DNA of 64,000 nucleotides from NCBI GenBank assembly GCA_014238965.1, contig JABAAC010000053.1, positions 8,284 to 72,283 on the forward strand, in the 5' to 3' direction. The notes below the pieces were generated by a model, which was given only the letters and a program-made list of their open reading frames with translations, had not been told where the DNA came from and did not search any database. The DNA is from Phycisphaerales bacterium (GTDB lineage Bacteria; Planctomycetota; Phycisphaerae; Phycisphaerales; SM1A02). Below, one piece after another: positions 26,441-37,094 of the stretch (within the stretch, counting starts at the first letter, position 1; each line of letters opens with the position of its first letter). The translations under genes and the position numbers were made by a program.

Positions 26441-28660
26441 ATGCACGGATGCGCACAACTCCTTGAGGGCCTCACCGCCGCCCAAATTGAGGCTGTCAAT
26501 GCGGCCCCTGGTCCCATGCTGGTCTTGGCAGGGCCCGGTTCAGGAAAGACCACTGTCGTGACACGTCGCATTGCGTCATTGCTTGAGCAAGGTGTGCCGC
26601 CATGGTCTGTCCTTGCGTTGACGTTTACAAACAAGGCAGCTGGGGCCATGCGCGAACGCGTGCGAGCATTACTTGGCGGCCGCGCAACTAACGGTTTGAC
26701 CATTGCAACATTTCATGCGTTTGCAGCAGCGCAACTTCGGCAACTTGGCGAACGCGCGCACGTGCATGAAGATTTTTCTATCTGGGACACTGCCGATCAA
26801 CGATCAGCTATGAAGCAAGCGATTGTGGATGCAGGTCTGTCGACAGGTAATTGGACGCCCGCTTCTGTGTTGTCGGCAATCAGTGACTGGAAGCACCGCC
26901 TGCGCACAGTTGGAGATATGGAAGCTGCTGGAACGGACTTCTATACGCGCAATCTTTCACGGGCATGGCGCGCGTACGAACGAATTTTAGCGAATGGTCG
27001 TGCACTTGATTTTGATGATTTGTTGCTCAAGCTCGCCGTTGCATTGCGAGATGACGAAAGTGTCCGTGAACAGTTCACGAGCCGTTGGACGAATCTACTC
27101 GTTGACGAATATCAGGACACAAACCATGCACAGTTCGTGATTGCGTCATCAATTGCCTCAGGGCACGGAAACATCTGTGTAGTAGGTGATCCGGACCAGT
27201 CTATTTACGCATGGCGTGGCGCAGATATTGGCAACATTCTCGAGTTCGAAAAACGATATACGGGCGCTCGTGTGGTCAATTTGGGAACAAATTTCCGAAG
27301 CACCGGCCGCATCGTGTCAGCTTCGGCGAGCTTAATACAACATAACGCGACACATCGCGAACGAGAGCATGTTGCTGCGGGTGATGAAGGTGAGCCAGTG
27401 GTCCTCATGACAAGCGTTGATGAGCATGAAGAAGCGCGCGAGCTTGTTGAGCGGCTTCGTGAACATCACGAACAAGATGATGTGCCATGGTGCGAAATGG
27501 CAGTGCTCTATCGTATGAACGCGATGAGCCGTGTGCTGGAAGAAGCGTTTCGTGATGCAGACATTCCACATGTGGTGGCTCGCGGGACGGCTTTCTATGA
27601 TCGAAAGGAAGTTCGCGATGCGTTAGCGATGATTCGGCTCATTTTGAATACTCGTGATGATGTTGCATTTCGTCGCATTGTGAACGTGCCACCACGCGGC
27701 CTCGGCGCGACCACACTCGACAAGGTTGAGCGCATGGCTGCACGTGAACAGTTGAGTATGCTCCAAGCCATGCAACGGCTTGCAGCGACGGGCACGCTTG
27801 CAGCACGGGCGAGCAAGGCTGTGCAGGCCTTTCTATCCATGCTCGATGGCTGGTGCATTGCATTGGCACAGGGGCTAGCTGAGACGGACTTAGCGGCCTT
27901 TGTGGCAACGGTCATCGCCGAATCTGGGCTGGAGGCCCACTTCAAGGCTGGAGGCGATGAGGAGCAGGAGCGTCTTGAGAACCTAGAAGAGCTTATTAGC
28001 GCAGCGGCTGATCGCGAGGCCGATGTAATGCAGGCAATGGATGCCCATGACATTCCGCCGCTTAGGCAGCGTGTTGCTGCCTGGCTTGAGTCTATTGCGC
28101 TGGTGAGTGATGCCGATGCGATCGATCCTGAGCAAGGCGCTGTGACACTTATGACATTACACGCTGCCAAGGGACTGGAGTTTGACGTGGTTGTGATTGC
28201 GGCGCTTGAGCAAGGTGTTTTGCCGCATGCACGCAGTGCTCAGGATCCGACGCAGCTTGAAGAAGAGCGTCGCCTGTGTTACGTGGGCATGACGCGTGCA
28301 CGGCATCACCTCATGTTGACACGTGCACGGTTGCGAACACTTCGGGGAATTCGTGAGCGAACTGCTGGCAGCGCCTTTCTTGAAGAGATTTCCGCAGAAC
28401 ACGTTCGGCACATAGAGTCCGAACCACCGTGGGGAAGTTCAGCACAAGACACACCAGTGTTTCAGGCATCCCCTAGCGATTCGGGTGTTGCCCCTGGCGT
28501 GCGGGTGCGCCATCTGCGCTTTGGGGACGGTCTTGTGCGGCGCGTGCTACAGCGTCCCCAAGGAACGACAGCGACCATTGACTTCGATGACTGGGGGCCA
28601 CGGACGTTGTATTTGTCACGCACGAGTTTGGAAGTGCTCAGCAAAGACGACTTGTTTTGA
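26441..28660 (+). CDS. uvrD: UvrD/PcrA/Rep-family ATP-dependent DNA helicase
   Basis: Walker A LAGPGSGKTTVV, DEYQDTN, helicase motifs TFRS and LMTLHAAKGLEFDVV, and CYVGMTRAR. Confidence 0.85.
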   Translation: MHGCAQLLEGLTAAQIEAVNAAPGPMLVLAGPGSGKTTVVTRRIASLLEQGVPPWSVLALTFTNKAAGAMRERVRALLGGRATNGLTIATFHAFAAAQLRQLGERAHVHEDFSIWDTADQRSAMKQAIVDAGLSTGNWTPASVLSAISDWKHRLRTVGDMEAAGTDFYTRNLSRAWRAYERILANGRALDFDDLLLKLAVALRDDESVREQFTSRWTNLLVDEYQDTNHAQFVIASSIASGHGNICVVGDPDQSIYAWRGADIGNILEFEKRYTGARVVNLGTNFRSTGRIVSASASLIQHNATHREREHVAAGDEGEPVVLMTSVDEHEEARELVERLREHHEQDDVPWCEMAVLYRMNAMSRVLEEAFRDADIPHVVARGTAFYDRKEVRDALAMIRLILNTRDDVAFRRIVNVPPRGLGATTLDKVERMAAREQLSMLQAMQRLAATGTLAARASKAVQAFLSMLDGWCIALAQGLAETDLAAFVATVIAESGLEAHFKAGGDEEQERLENLEELISAAADREADVMQAMDAHDIPPLRQRVAAWLESIALVSDADAIDPEQGAVTLMTLHAAKGLEFDVVVIAALEQGVLPHARSAQDPTQLEEERRLCYVGMTRARHHLMLTRARLRTLRGIRERTAGSAFLEEISAEHVRHIESEPPWGSSAQDTPVFQASPSDSGVAPGVRVRHLRFGDGLVRRVLQRPQGTTATIDFDDWGPRTLYLSRTSLEVLSKDDLF

Positions 28661-29697
28661 CGGATCCTTCTGCACGACACTCCGGTCCATTTGTGGAGGC
28701 GTGTATAAGGGCTGGATTTGTGTCTGCTGGCGTTGCGCCAGCGGGCCGTGCTGCTCGGGCAGATTTTTTTGAGGCGTGGCTGGCACAAGGGCATCACGGA
28801 ACGATGGCCTGGATGGCGGCGCACGATTTGGTTCGTGTGGATTCCACGCAACTGCTTCCAGGAGCTCAAAGCGTCTTATGTGTGGCCGATCGATATCCCG
28901 CCGAGCCTGAGTGGGCATTGGAGCCTGGTAAGGGCCGCATTGCTCGCTATGCGAGAGGTCGTGATTACCACAAGCTCATGAAACGACGATTGCACGGGTT
29001 GTGCGATGCGTTTAGAGAACAGCACCCAGGCGAGTCATTTCGGGCGTGCGTGGATACTGCACCATTACTCGAACGCGAGGCGGCCGCCGCCGCTGGCCTT
29101 GGTGCCATTGGGAAGAACACCATGCTCATTGAGCAGGGCACAGGGTCGTGGCTGCTGCTTGGTGCGATTGTTACAACCGTGGACATTGCCTCGACACCGT
29201 CTTACGCCGAGGATCCCTGCGGGACGTGCACCCGGTGTATTGACGCTTGCCCAACTGACGCGTTGACACCATTTGCCATGGATGCGACACGCTGCGTGTC
29301 ATACCTGACAATCGAGCATCGGGATGTCATTGACGCATCGTTGCACGAGGGTCTTCAAGACTGGGTCTTTGGCTGCGATATTTGCCAAGAGGTGTGCCCG
29401 CATAATCAGCCCACCCATCGCACGCGCAGTGCGACTGTCAACGAGGCGTACGGTACGCATGACGGAAGCGTCGATCTACTTTCAGTTCTACGTTGGTCAG
29501 ATGAGGATCGAGTTAAAGCTGTCGGTGGCACTTCGGCGACGCGGGCCAAACTCGACATGTGGCGACGCAACGCCGCCATTGTGGCGAGAAACCAACTTAT
29601 GACAACGCCTGATGCGGCGCTATCTCAAGTGCTTGATGGCATTGCAGTGGACCCTGACGAGCCTGACATGGTGCGTCAAGCGGCGAGTCCACGCTGA
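28657..29697 (+). CDS. queG: tRNA epoxyqueuosine(34) reductase
   Basis: CGTCTRCIDACPTDAL and CDICQEVCPHN 4Fe-4S motifs, YLTIEH block, N-terminal DUF1730-like region. 4-nt overlap with the helicase stop. Confidence 0.8.
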   Translation: MTDPSARHSGPFVEACIRAGFVSAGVAPAGRAARADFFEAWLAQGHHGTMAWMAAHDLVRVDSTQLLPGAQSVLCVADRYPAEPEWALEPGKGRIARYARGRDYHKLMKRRLHGLCDAFREQHPGESFRACVDTAPLLEREAAAAAGLGAIGKNTMLIEQGTGSWLLLGAIVTTVDIASTPSYAEDPCGTCTRCIDACPTDALTPFAMDATRCVSYLTIEHRDVIDASLHEGLQDWVFGCDICQEVCPHNQPTHRTRSATVNEAYGTHDGSVDLLSVLRWSDEDRVKAVGGTSATRAKLDMWRRNAAIVARNQLMTTPDAALSQVLDGIAVDPDEPDMVRQAASPR

Positions 29698-29701
29698 GGG
29701 G

Positions 29702-31663
29702 TCACTCGAGTGTCTGGAGCTGGTCAGCAATGGCTCCGAACTGCTTCAAGTATGCCTCTGCAGAATCAACTTGGCCCGACTCGAGGTGGCTCTTGAGCAG
29801 TTCAAGCTCGGCAAGCATTTTGCGGAGGAGAGCAATCGTAGAAGCGCCCCCTAGGTTTGGGCCGAAATCTCGAGTCCCCGCGATGACAAGCCATGCACCA
29901 TCTTTCAGTGTGAGCGTGACGTTGAAGGTCTCGCCTAGGGCACTGTTTATCGCGACTGTCGCGGTGTTACTGTCGATGGTGGACTTCGTTGGTGCGAGCG
30001 AGTCGAGCATCGGGGCGAGCATGTCTCGCATGGTCTTGACGTCAAGCATGTTTTGGGCCATCTGAATGCCGATGGCATCGGGACCGGTGAAGGTCTTTCC
30101 GGCAACGGAGTTGACACTTGCAAGCGCCACTCGCAGTTGAACTGCCATGTCGAGAAATTCGCAGATCGCCGGGGCAGTTGTGCAGTCACTTGCCGACTTG
30201 GCTTGGGTTACCCCCGAGGGGTCACCCACCATGGCAAGGGACATGCCTTTGATGAATCGGATTGCTGCGGCAGCGGGTGCTCCATCTGCAGCATCTCCAG
30301 AGGGCACGGGTTGGCTGGGTGCTGGTGCTGGTGTCACTACGACGGTCTCAGCTACGGCAATGGGTTTGCCATCAAGCAGGTCCTGCATGGAGCCCAGCCG
30401 TGCGCGAATGGCCTCGGCCGTTACGCCCTCGCCGAGTTGGTCTGCAATCCCTACGGCCGCCTGGGCGGCTGTTCGGGCTGTTTCCATTGCGTCATCACGC
30501 CGTGTTGCAAGCGAGCGGGCCTGGTCTCTCAACGCGGCCGTATCGTCCATATCACCTTGGCTTGCAAGTCGATCCAGCAGAAACGCGTTTCGATTGAGCG
30601 ACATGAATCGGCTGACCGATGTCGTCAATGCAGATTGACGTGCAGCGAGTTCCAAGGCCCGGTCAGCCATAGCATTTGACCCGGTTTGGCGAGCCGCCCG
30701 TTTTGCATTCGATGCAGCAGCGTCGAAGTGTCCCATGGCGGCGGTTGCCTTGTCGTGCAATACGCCTGTTTCAGCAGTGGCCAGTGCAGAGGCATCTGTC
30801 AGCAGGTCTCGACGAAGGGTCTGGATTCGGTTCTGCATGGCATCGACTTGTCCACTTCTAGCGGAGATAAACCCGCGTAGATCGGCCGACTCAGTTTCAA
30901 TGGCCTCAATAGTGGAGGTGTCACCGTCTACCACCAATTGCAGTTGTCGTTGCTGGTCCTTAAGTGCCGCGATGCTCATGCCCAACAATTCGAGACGTGT
31001 TTCCAGCGGTGCCAAACTCGCAAGCGATGCACCAGCATGTTCAATGTCTGGAATTGATGAGGTATTGCCCGTTTGCAATGCCAAGGCGCGTTGCTCATGT
31101 GAGATATATCTCGATTCAGCAATAGCGCGGGCATCTTGATCACGTTGCAACGAGAGTTTGTCGATTTCCTGTTGGAGCGTGTCGATCTGCACTTTGCCTT
31201 GCCGGCGTCGTGCGTTTCGGTCATCGAGGCCACGCTCAAGTGCATCGGCGCCAAGTTGCCGTGGCGTGAAGGGTACATTTTCAGCAAATGATTGCAGTCT
31301 CTGTAGTGAGAGCAGTCTTGCCTCGATGCGGCCACCAAGCAGAGCGACTTCCCGGCGAGCTACGCGGCTTTGGGTAAGCGATGCTGTGCCAAGTATGAGC
31401 TCCGCCTTGGCTGACAATGCGCTACGCACTCCTTCAAGGGAGCCAGATTGCACGTCGATGGAACGAAGTGTGTTCAGGACACGCTGCGCGCCTTGCGCAG
31501 CCGTATCGCTGTCGGGCGAAAGCATGCTTAGTTCAATGGCGGCGTTGTTGATTGCTTGGGCTGCATCGGCATGCTGCCGTGCAGCATCGTCTGTGCATCC
31601 CCCAAGTGACACACAGCCAAGGGTGGTGACCCCTACGAGCACAATTGATCCAATCCGCATCAT
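29702..31663 (-). CDS. hypothetical lipoprotein, long alpha-helical or coiled-coil
   Basis: Lipobox MMRIGSIVLVGVTTLGCVSLGGC. Ala/Gln/Leu/Arg-rich heptad-like sequence throughout. No recognisable catalytic motif. Confidence 0.55.
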   Translation of the reverse strand: MMRIGSIVLVGVTTLGCVSLGGCTDDAARQHADAAQAINNAAIELSMLSPDSDTAAQGAQRVLNTLRSIDVQSGSLEGVRSALSAKAELILGTASLTQSRVARREVALLGGRIEARLLSLQRLQSFAENVPFTPRQLGADALERGLDDRNARRRQGKVQIDTLQQEIDKLSLQRDQDARAIAESRYISHEQRALALQTGNTSSIPDIEHAGASLASLAPLETRLELLGMSIAALKDQQRQLQLVVDGDTSTIEAIETESADLRGFISARSGQVDAMQNRIQTLRRDLLTDASALATAETGVLHDKATAAMGHFDAAASNAKRAARQTGSNAMADRALELAARQSALTTSVSRFMSLNRNAFLLDRLASQGDMDDTAALRDQARSLATRRDDAMETARTAAQAAVGIADQLGEGVTAEAIRARLGSMQDLLDGKPIAVAETVVVTPAPAPSQPVPSGDAADGAPAAAAIRFIKGMSLAMVGDPSGVTQAKSASDCTTAPAICEFLDMAVQLRVALASVNSVAGKTFTGPDAIGIQMAQNMLDVKTMRDMLAPMLDSLAPTKSTIDSNTATVAINSALGETFNVTLTLKDGAWLVIAGTRDFGPNLGGASTIALLRKMLAELELLKSHLESGQVDSAEAYLKQFGAIADQLQTLE

Positions 31664-31770
31664 CTAGGTACGCTCCAGCAACTAAAGGCCAGCAATGTAA
31701 AGCTCGTGCGTTGCATGGTTAGGCAGTCCAACCGTGGCGGCACGAGGCCTTAATTCAGTTTAGCAGGCCG

Positions 31771-33126
31771 CTACGCTCCAGAAGGCGTCGCAAGATCACC
31801 TGATGGCTCCGTTGGGTGGGATTCTTCGGCGGGGGCCTCAGGTGGCCAGGGGACAGTGGGACGAGGTTGCCGCATTGACCGAATCCACTGCAGAATTGCA
31901 TCGAGCCGCTTGTTGTCCAGTGCTGGGCGCCATCCGGGCACTCGGGGGTGTGGCTTGTTTGCCTGATCTCGTGGCAAGGCGTACTGAATCAGAAGTGAAT
32001 CAGCAGGGGTTGTCCAATTCAAAAGTGGTTGATTGTCGATGCTTGTCCGTTCCAATTGCAGGAGATTCGCTGTTCGGACGCGATCGTCAACGCTGCTTCG
32101 GCGAATCAGACGGAATCGACCACTATCTACGCCGCCATGGCACGCTCGGGTGCCGCACTTGGTGACGAGCCAGCCGTCATGCACGGCTGCTTTGAATTGC
32201 TTGAGGCTATCGGGTGGTTCCAGTACTTCAATTTCACTGTACAGGGGCCTTGCGCGAACGTCGAACATCAGTTGGAGGACCTGTGCGTCCGTCATGGCGA
32301 GCAACGTTCTAAGCCCTTGGTCGTTGGCGGAAAGGAGTCGGTTGCCGCCCCAGCCTAGGTGGAGTCGTTTTCGTGTTGCCTCACTGATGCGCACTGGCGG
32401 GGGGTTGATCGCATCAAGTTCAAGGACTCGCACCAAGTGCACGATGTTGTCGGGAGGGAGTGTGAGCTGATGCGCTCGTGATTCCTCCGTTGGCATTGCC
32501 TCTGGCGACAATGTAGGGGCGTTGCTGTCTTCTTGGGCAGGATTTGAGGACGGCGCATCGGGCGCTGATTCCAAGGCGGCGAATGCTCTGGCACGTTGTA
32601 CAAGACGGCCAGCTTCGAACGAGTTGAACCGTGTTGCGATTTGGTCCAATTCAGTTGCAGCCAACATCCATGACTTGTTCTCCATCAGCCACTTTGCCAG
32701 CTGAAGTCTGCCAGCTTCATCATCATCATTGAGCAGTGCGCGCTCTCGGCGAAAAATGGACTCGATGTCGGGATCCAGATGCAACGCAGCCACGTCGCTG
32801 CGTGGAATCGTCATGTCAACACCTTGCACGCGCATGTGGATCGACGTCCAGTCATCAGCCAGCAGCATGCCTCGAATGATGCGTCCAGTGCGCAATTGCA
32901 CTCGGGCACGTTGAGGTGTGTCGACTTCAATGAGTTCCATCACACCCATCACTGTGTCAGGGTCGATGAGCACTTCTTCGCCATCAGTAGATTGCACGCG
33001 AAAATGGCCATCGATATGCTCGATGATGGTGCCGTTAATAAACGTGTCGTGCCCCAACTGCACGATTACTCGTGGTCCAGCGGGCGTGAGCAGCACCATG
33101 GCCGCAACTAGCAAGGGGACGATCAA
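31771..33126 (-). CDS. hypothetical secreted protein
   Basis: TTG start with a TTGA overlap onto the upstream GDH stop. Hydrophobic N-terminus MIVPLLVAAMVLLTPAG. Single CGTRACH (CX4CH-like) string at 32137-32157. Confidence 0.5.
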   Translation of the reverse strand: MIVPLLVAAMVLLTPAGPRVIVQLGHDTFINGTIIEHIDGHFRVQSTDGEEVLIDPDTVMGVMELIEVDTPQRARVQLRTGRIIRGMLLADDWTSIHMRVQGVDMTIPRSDVAALHLDPDIESIFRRERALLNDDDEAGRLQLAKWLMENKSWMLAATELDQIATRFNSFEAGRLVQRARAFAALESAPDAPSSNPAQEDSNAPTLSPEAMPTEESRAHQLTLPPDNIVHLVRVLELDAINPPPVRISEATRKRLHLGWGGNRLLSANDQGLRTLLAMTDAQVLQLMFDVRARPLYSEIEVLEPPDSLKQFKAAVHDGWLVTKCGTRACHGGVDSGRFRLIRRSSVDDRVRTANLLQLERTSIDNQPLLNWTTPADSLLIQYALPRDQANKPHPRVPGWRPALDNKRLDAILQWIRSMRQPRPTVPWPPEAPAEESHPTEPSGDLATPSGA

Positions 33127-36086
33127 GCGCTGTCCCCGTCGCCTGCCTGCATCGTCGGAAGAATGGCAGATCGTCTCAAGAGCCCAGCAATTTCGTCTCG
33201 ATTCTCTAGGTCCGTGGCAGCGACCGTATCGGCCAACTCATCTCGGCGTCGTTCACGTTTCAGGAAGCCAATGGCAAGCGATGCCACCGACTTTACATCA
33301 ATGGTCTCAACGGCCTCCATGCCTTCGCGGTACACAATGCGTGCAGCCAACGCCTTGGCCACGAGCCAGTTTCGATATGTCTCGGGCAATCGTTCGGGAA
33401 TGCGATCACCAGCAATCTCCAGCAGAATCGGCGGAAGATGGTCATTGATTACCGGTTCCAACATGTTTCGATCTGCCGTGGTCATGTCGCCCATGGCTGC
33501 TTGGAGCGCATCGGCGGTTCGAATGACCGCTCGACTCAGTCGCACGCTGGCCACTGGCAAGTGCAGCCCGGGTTGTTGTCGAAGCATTCTTGCGAGTTGT
33601 TGGGCTTCAAGCGATGCAAGTTGTCGAAGTTTGTCAAGGACCTCTCCAACGAATTGTTCCTTCACTTCCAAGAACTCATCCGGCGACAACAACATGCTGG
33701 CAATGATCTCGTAAGACGAGCAGATCACACCGCACTTGTTCGCTGAGGAGTCCTTAAATATGACTACGCCAAGATCTGCCAAGGACGACCGCACGTCAGG
33801 GGTTAGGAATAAGTTCGCGCCTTCCACGATGAGCGGGCTCGATGGGGCACCGTCATGTACGAAGTCACGCCAATTCCCTGTGTGCATGGTCGACGGGCGG
33901 CCACCACATGGGAGGAATGCATCAGCCGTGAGTCTGGTGTGCAGCGAATTTCGGCGACGCACGCCGTCGGCGTCATCGATCGCATGGACGCTTCCGGTAG
34001 TGCTTAATGACTCGGGATTGAATTCGGCAATCGGAGCTTCAGCTTCAACCAATCGCATCAATTCGGTGTGGTCGAGGCCCTCGGGGTCTTCCGCGCATCC
34101 GCTGCCGTCAGCAATACCCACGATGCACGTGTTGTCACCGAACTCCCGAAGCATGATGCGAATGGCGTTTCCGCCGACATCTCCATCGGGGCCGCCTGTC
34201 ATCTTCACGCTGAATTTCTGCTGTCGTGGATCAATGCCCAGACATCGGAGGCCGACCTCTAGGAACACAATGACACCTTCGCTGGTGACACCGTAAGCCT
34301 TATGGTTGATGCCTGCGCCGGGTTTGGAACTCATCAACGCTGTGGGAACTGGATACCGACGCTGGGCAGCTCGACTAACGATCCAATCGATCAAAGAGGG
34401 TGTGATGTTCTCATCGGGGCCGAGATAGAGCAATTCTGGTTCGCCCAGGCGATCGACAATGCGACTGCGGACGCTTTCATCAGGCGTGATGAGATCGAGC
34501 AGGCTGTCAACGAATGCCTTGACAGACCTATTGGCTCTTTCATCCGGGTGGATGAGAATGGCTGCTTTGGCGCCGCCCTCTGGAATGTCTTTGTTCTTGA
34601 GCTGCTGTGCGGCCGCCAATCCATAGGCCTCATCAAACAATCGTTCACTCTCTCGACCGAATTGTGCGCCGCTTCGAGGCACGATTGCGCGCACACCGCC
34701 ACGGGCGATATCACGAAACCGTACGTGGAATCCATTGAACCCACGGCCGTGTACGTGGAACACGCCATATGGCAGGTCGGGGCGATCTTCGCACTGCAGC
34801 AGGCTTGGATCTAGCCTAAACGCCAGAGCGTATCGGTCTTCAAGGTAGACATTTGTCCGAAGCACAGCCGACACGGCATCGACCATGCAATGCAGGACCA
34901 TGCGTGCATCTTCAAGGTCGACGTCCGCTTCAATGCGTTCCCGAACGGATGCAGCACGCGCATTGTAGACATCATCTGCAAGTGGATGGTCCGGCTGAAA
35001 TCGATCCAACAGCAAGTCGCAGATGGCCAGAGTCAGGGCAACGTTCTCCACCGCCAGCCTGCGAATGCGGTCGGACGTGAAGGCATATCGATTTCGTTTG
35101 CACAGCACTTGATGCACGAGGTCACCCAAGGCGGTGACCAGTTCGGCGTGCGTGAGATCGATCGTTTCGCTTCGCTGACTGAGGTTGATTGCGCGACGGT
35201 CGACCCATTTGCTTCGTTTGAGATCGTGGCGAACTCGCGCCCACAGGCGTCCATCAGGTTCAATGGGGCCTCCGTCGGGCGAGGTGACAACGAATCCAAG
35301 GAATGAGACAGAGCCGTTTTCACCATCGTCCACAGTGTCAAGGTGCGCTCGATGAATGTTGATGCCCGCATGACTCAACCGTTCGGCAATGCGCTCCAGC
35401 ATGACGCGGCGCGTTGAGTTAGCGACCGCAACTGAAATGCGGCTTCGATTCGGGTCGAGTTCAGGTTCGAGCATGATAGTCGTGCTGTCAGTGCCCGAGA
35501 TCAACTGGAACATTGTCCAGTGCTTACTCATGCGCAGTGGTGTGATCGTGAGGACGTAGTCTGCTGCGCATCGTGTGAAGTAGTCGCGAACAGCATCTGG
35601 CGACCAATCCGGCATCTCGCTTGTTGCGTACGCGATGACATCGTCCAATTTGGCAGCTTGATCTGGGTCGTTCAGATCGCAACGGGGCGCATCGCCAAAT
35701 TCAAACGTATCGATAACTAGGGTGCCGTCGGCAGCGGTATGAATTTTCGCACTTCGAAGTAGAAGATCGATGGGAAGTTCTGCAGCGAGTTCAGCCAGTA
35801 CACCTGGATAGTCCAAGGGTCGCATGCTGGTCCATTGTGAGCCGTCTTCGCTGCGGAGCGTCAACTCCAATGGGCGGCCCGAGGCACGAGCGGCGACAAT
35901 AGCCCGCAGATGCGAAAGTCGAGTGGCTTCGTCGGTATCCTGAAAGTACACGGGCGGCATTTGCTCCAGAAACCAAGGGACGACTTCGTCCGAGGTTCGA
36001 CGGAGGCTTTCTAGGAGGCTGTCGACGACTGCTCGCTCACGGGGTTCGTCGGCTTTAGATGTCGATTCAGGATGGCTGGTTGACAT
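33123..36086 (-). CDS. large NAD-specific glutamate dehydrogenase (Bac_GDH-like, about 988 aa)
   Basis: DIARGGVRAI, KNKDIPEGGAKAAILIHP and VKMTGGPDGDVGGNAIRIM blocks are typical of large bacterial NAD-GDHs. Start placed at ATG 36086 (MSTSHPESTSK). The longer track ORF runs antisense through ribF. Confidence 0.7.
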   Translation of the reverse strand: MSTSHPESTSKADEPRERAVVDSLLESLRRTSDEVVPWFLEQMPPVYFQDTDEATRLSHLRAIVAARASGRPLELTLRSEDGSQWTSMRPLDYPGVLAELAAELPIDLLLRSAKIHTAADGTLVIDTFEFGDAPRCDLNDPDQAAKLDDVIAYATSEMPDWSPDAVRDYFTRCAADYVLTITPLRMSKHWTMFQLISGTDSTTIMLEPELDPNRSRISVAVANSTRRVMLERIAERLSHAGINIHRAHLDTVDDGENGSVSFLGFVVTSPDGGPIEPDGRLWARVRHDLKRSKWVDRRAINLSQRSETIDLTHAELVTALGDLVHQVLCKRNRYAFTSDRIRRLAVENVALTLAICDLLLDRFQPDHPLADDVYNARAASVRERIEADVDLEDARMVLHCMVDAVSAVLRTNVYLEDRYALAFRLDPSLLQCEDRPDLPYGVFHVHGRGFNGFHVRFRDIARGGVRAIVPRSGAQFGRESERLFDEAYGLAAAQQLKNKDIPEGGAKAAILIHPDERANRSVKAFVDSLLDLITPDESVRSRIVDRLGEPELLYLGPDENITPSLIDWIVSRAAQRRYPVPTALMSSKPGAGINHKAYGVTSEGVIVFLEVGLRCLGIDPRQQKFSVKMTGGPDGDVGGNAIRIMLREFGDNTCIVGIADGSGCAEDPEGLDHTELMRLVEAEAPIAEFNPESLSTTGSVHAIDDADGVRRRNSLHTRLTADAFLPCGGRPSTMHTGNWRDFVHDGAPSSPLIVEGANLFLTPDVRSSLADLGVVIFKDSSANKCGVICSSYEIIASMLLSPDEFLEVKEQFVGEVLDKLRQLASLEAQQLARMLRQQPGLHLPVASVRLSRAVIRTADALQAAMGDMTTADRNMLEPVINDHLPPILLEIAGDRIPERLPETYRNWLVAKALAARIVYREGMEAVETIDVKSVASLAIGFLKRERRRDELADTVAATDLENRDEIAGLLRRSAILPTMQAGDGDSA

Positions 36087-36140
36087 CCCCGTAAAATACA
36101 CGGCAGCGACCCATTTCGACAGGGGGGATTGGCTTGAACC

Positions 36141-37094
36141 ATGACAGCGACTGAGACCAATTTGTTTCCAGGGGGCACAGCCCTCACCATTGGAGCCTTT
36201 GACGGGGTCCATCGTGGCCATCAGGCATTGATTCAGGCATGCCGTAGGGCGGTAGGGCCCTCTGGTCGGGTCGAGGTCCTGACATTTGATCCACCACCAA
36301 GCCGAATCTTGCACGGCCCCAACGTGGAGCCCAACGCACTGGCTAGCGTTCTGAGTCGTCAGGCCCTGCTCAAGGCTGCTGGAGCTGATGCCGTGACCAT
36401 TATTCCAGTGGATGGCGAATTTCTTCGCCTTGAGCCAGAAGCATTCATCGAGGCATGGGTTGCACCACGGGGGGCATCGTGCATCGTTGAAGGGCCGGAC
36501 TTTCGATTTGGACGCCGCCGCAGAGGTGATCTTGCCATGCTTGGTGCATTGGGTGTGATCTCCGGGGGCATCACGCAGGTGTTGGAAGAACAGCACGCTG
36601 CGCTCAGTGATGGCACCCTCGTACCTCTTCGTAGTGGCATGATTCGATGGCTGTTGGGGGCTGGTCGGGTTCAAGAAGCGGCATCGCTGCTGGGGCGTGG
36701 GTATGCAATTGAAGGACCTGTTGTGATGGGGGAGCAGCGTGGCCGGACCATAGGTGTGCCAACGGCAAATATGGAGACTGGTGCAATGCTTGTACCTATG
36801 GATGGTGTTTATGCGGGTATCGGTTGCCTGCCTGACGGAACGAGAGTGCCTGCCGCTGTAAGTATTGGGTCAAATCGGACCTTCGGTGATGGGCCTCGAA
36901 CAGTGGAGACGCATCTGCTGGGCTTTGAGGGCACCATCGGCGACTACGGATGGACGCTGTCCATAGAGTTCATCGGGTGGATTCGAGACCAGGTCACATG
37001 CGATGGCCTAGCTGCCTTGAAGGCTTTGATTGAACGAGATCTTGACATTGTTCGCGCCGCAGCGGCTGCGCAGGACTACGCTGTCGCCCCATGA
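36141..37094 (+). CDS. ribF: bifunctional riboflavin kinase / FMN adenylyltransferase
   Basis: GAFDGVHRGHQALI nucleotidyltransferase motif and GRTIGVPTANM riboflavin-kinase motif. Confidence 0.85.
   Translation: MTATETNLFPGGTALTIGAFDGVHRGHQALIQACRRAVGPSGRVEVLTFDPPPSRILHGPNVEPNALASVLSRQALLKAAGADAVTIIPVDGEFLRLEPEAFIEAWVAPRGASCIVEGPDFRFGRRRRGDLAMLGALGVISGGITQVLEEQHAALSDGTLVPLRSGMIRWLLGAGRVQEAASLLGRGYAIEGPVVMGEQRGRTIGVPTANMETGAMLVPMDGVYAGIGCLPDGTRVPAAVSIGSNRTFGDGPRTVETHLLGFEGTIGDYGWTLSIEFIGWIRDQVTCDGLAALKALIERDLDIVRAAAAAQDYAVAP

Noticed and set aside
32137-32157. CGTRACH as a CX4CH heme-c attachment site, making 31771-33126 a cytochrome.
   Set aside because: A single occurrence with no other cytochrome features is too weak to annotate. 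It is mentioned only as a detail.
36087-36674. 196-aa N-terminal extension of the GDH ORF in the track (start at 36674).
   Set aside because: The extension runs antisense through ribF, is Cys/Trp-rich, and precedes a sensible internal ATG (36086, MSTSHPESTSK) that leaves a 54-bp divergent spacer.
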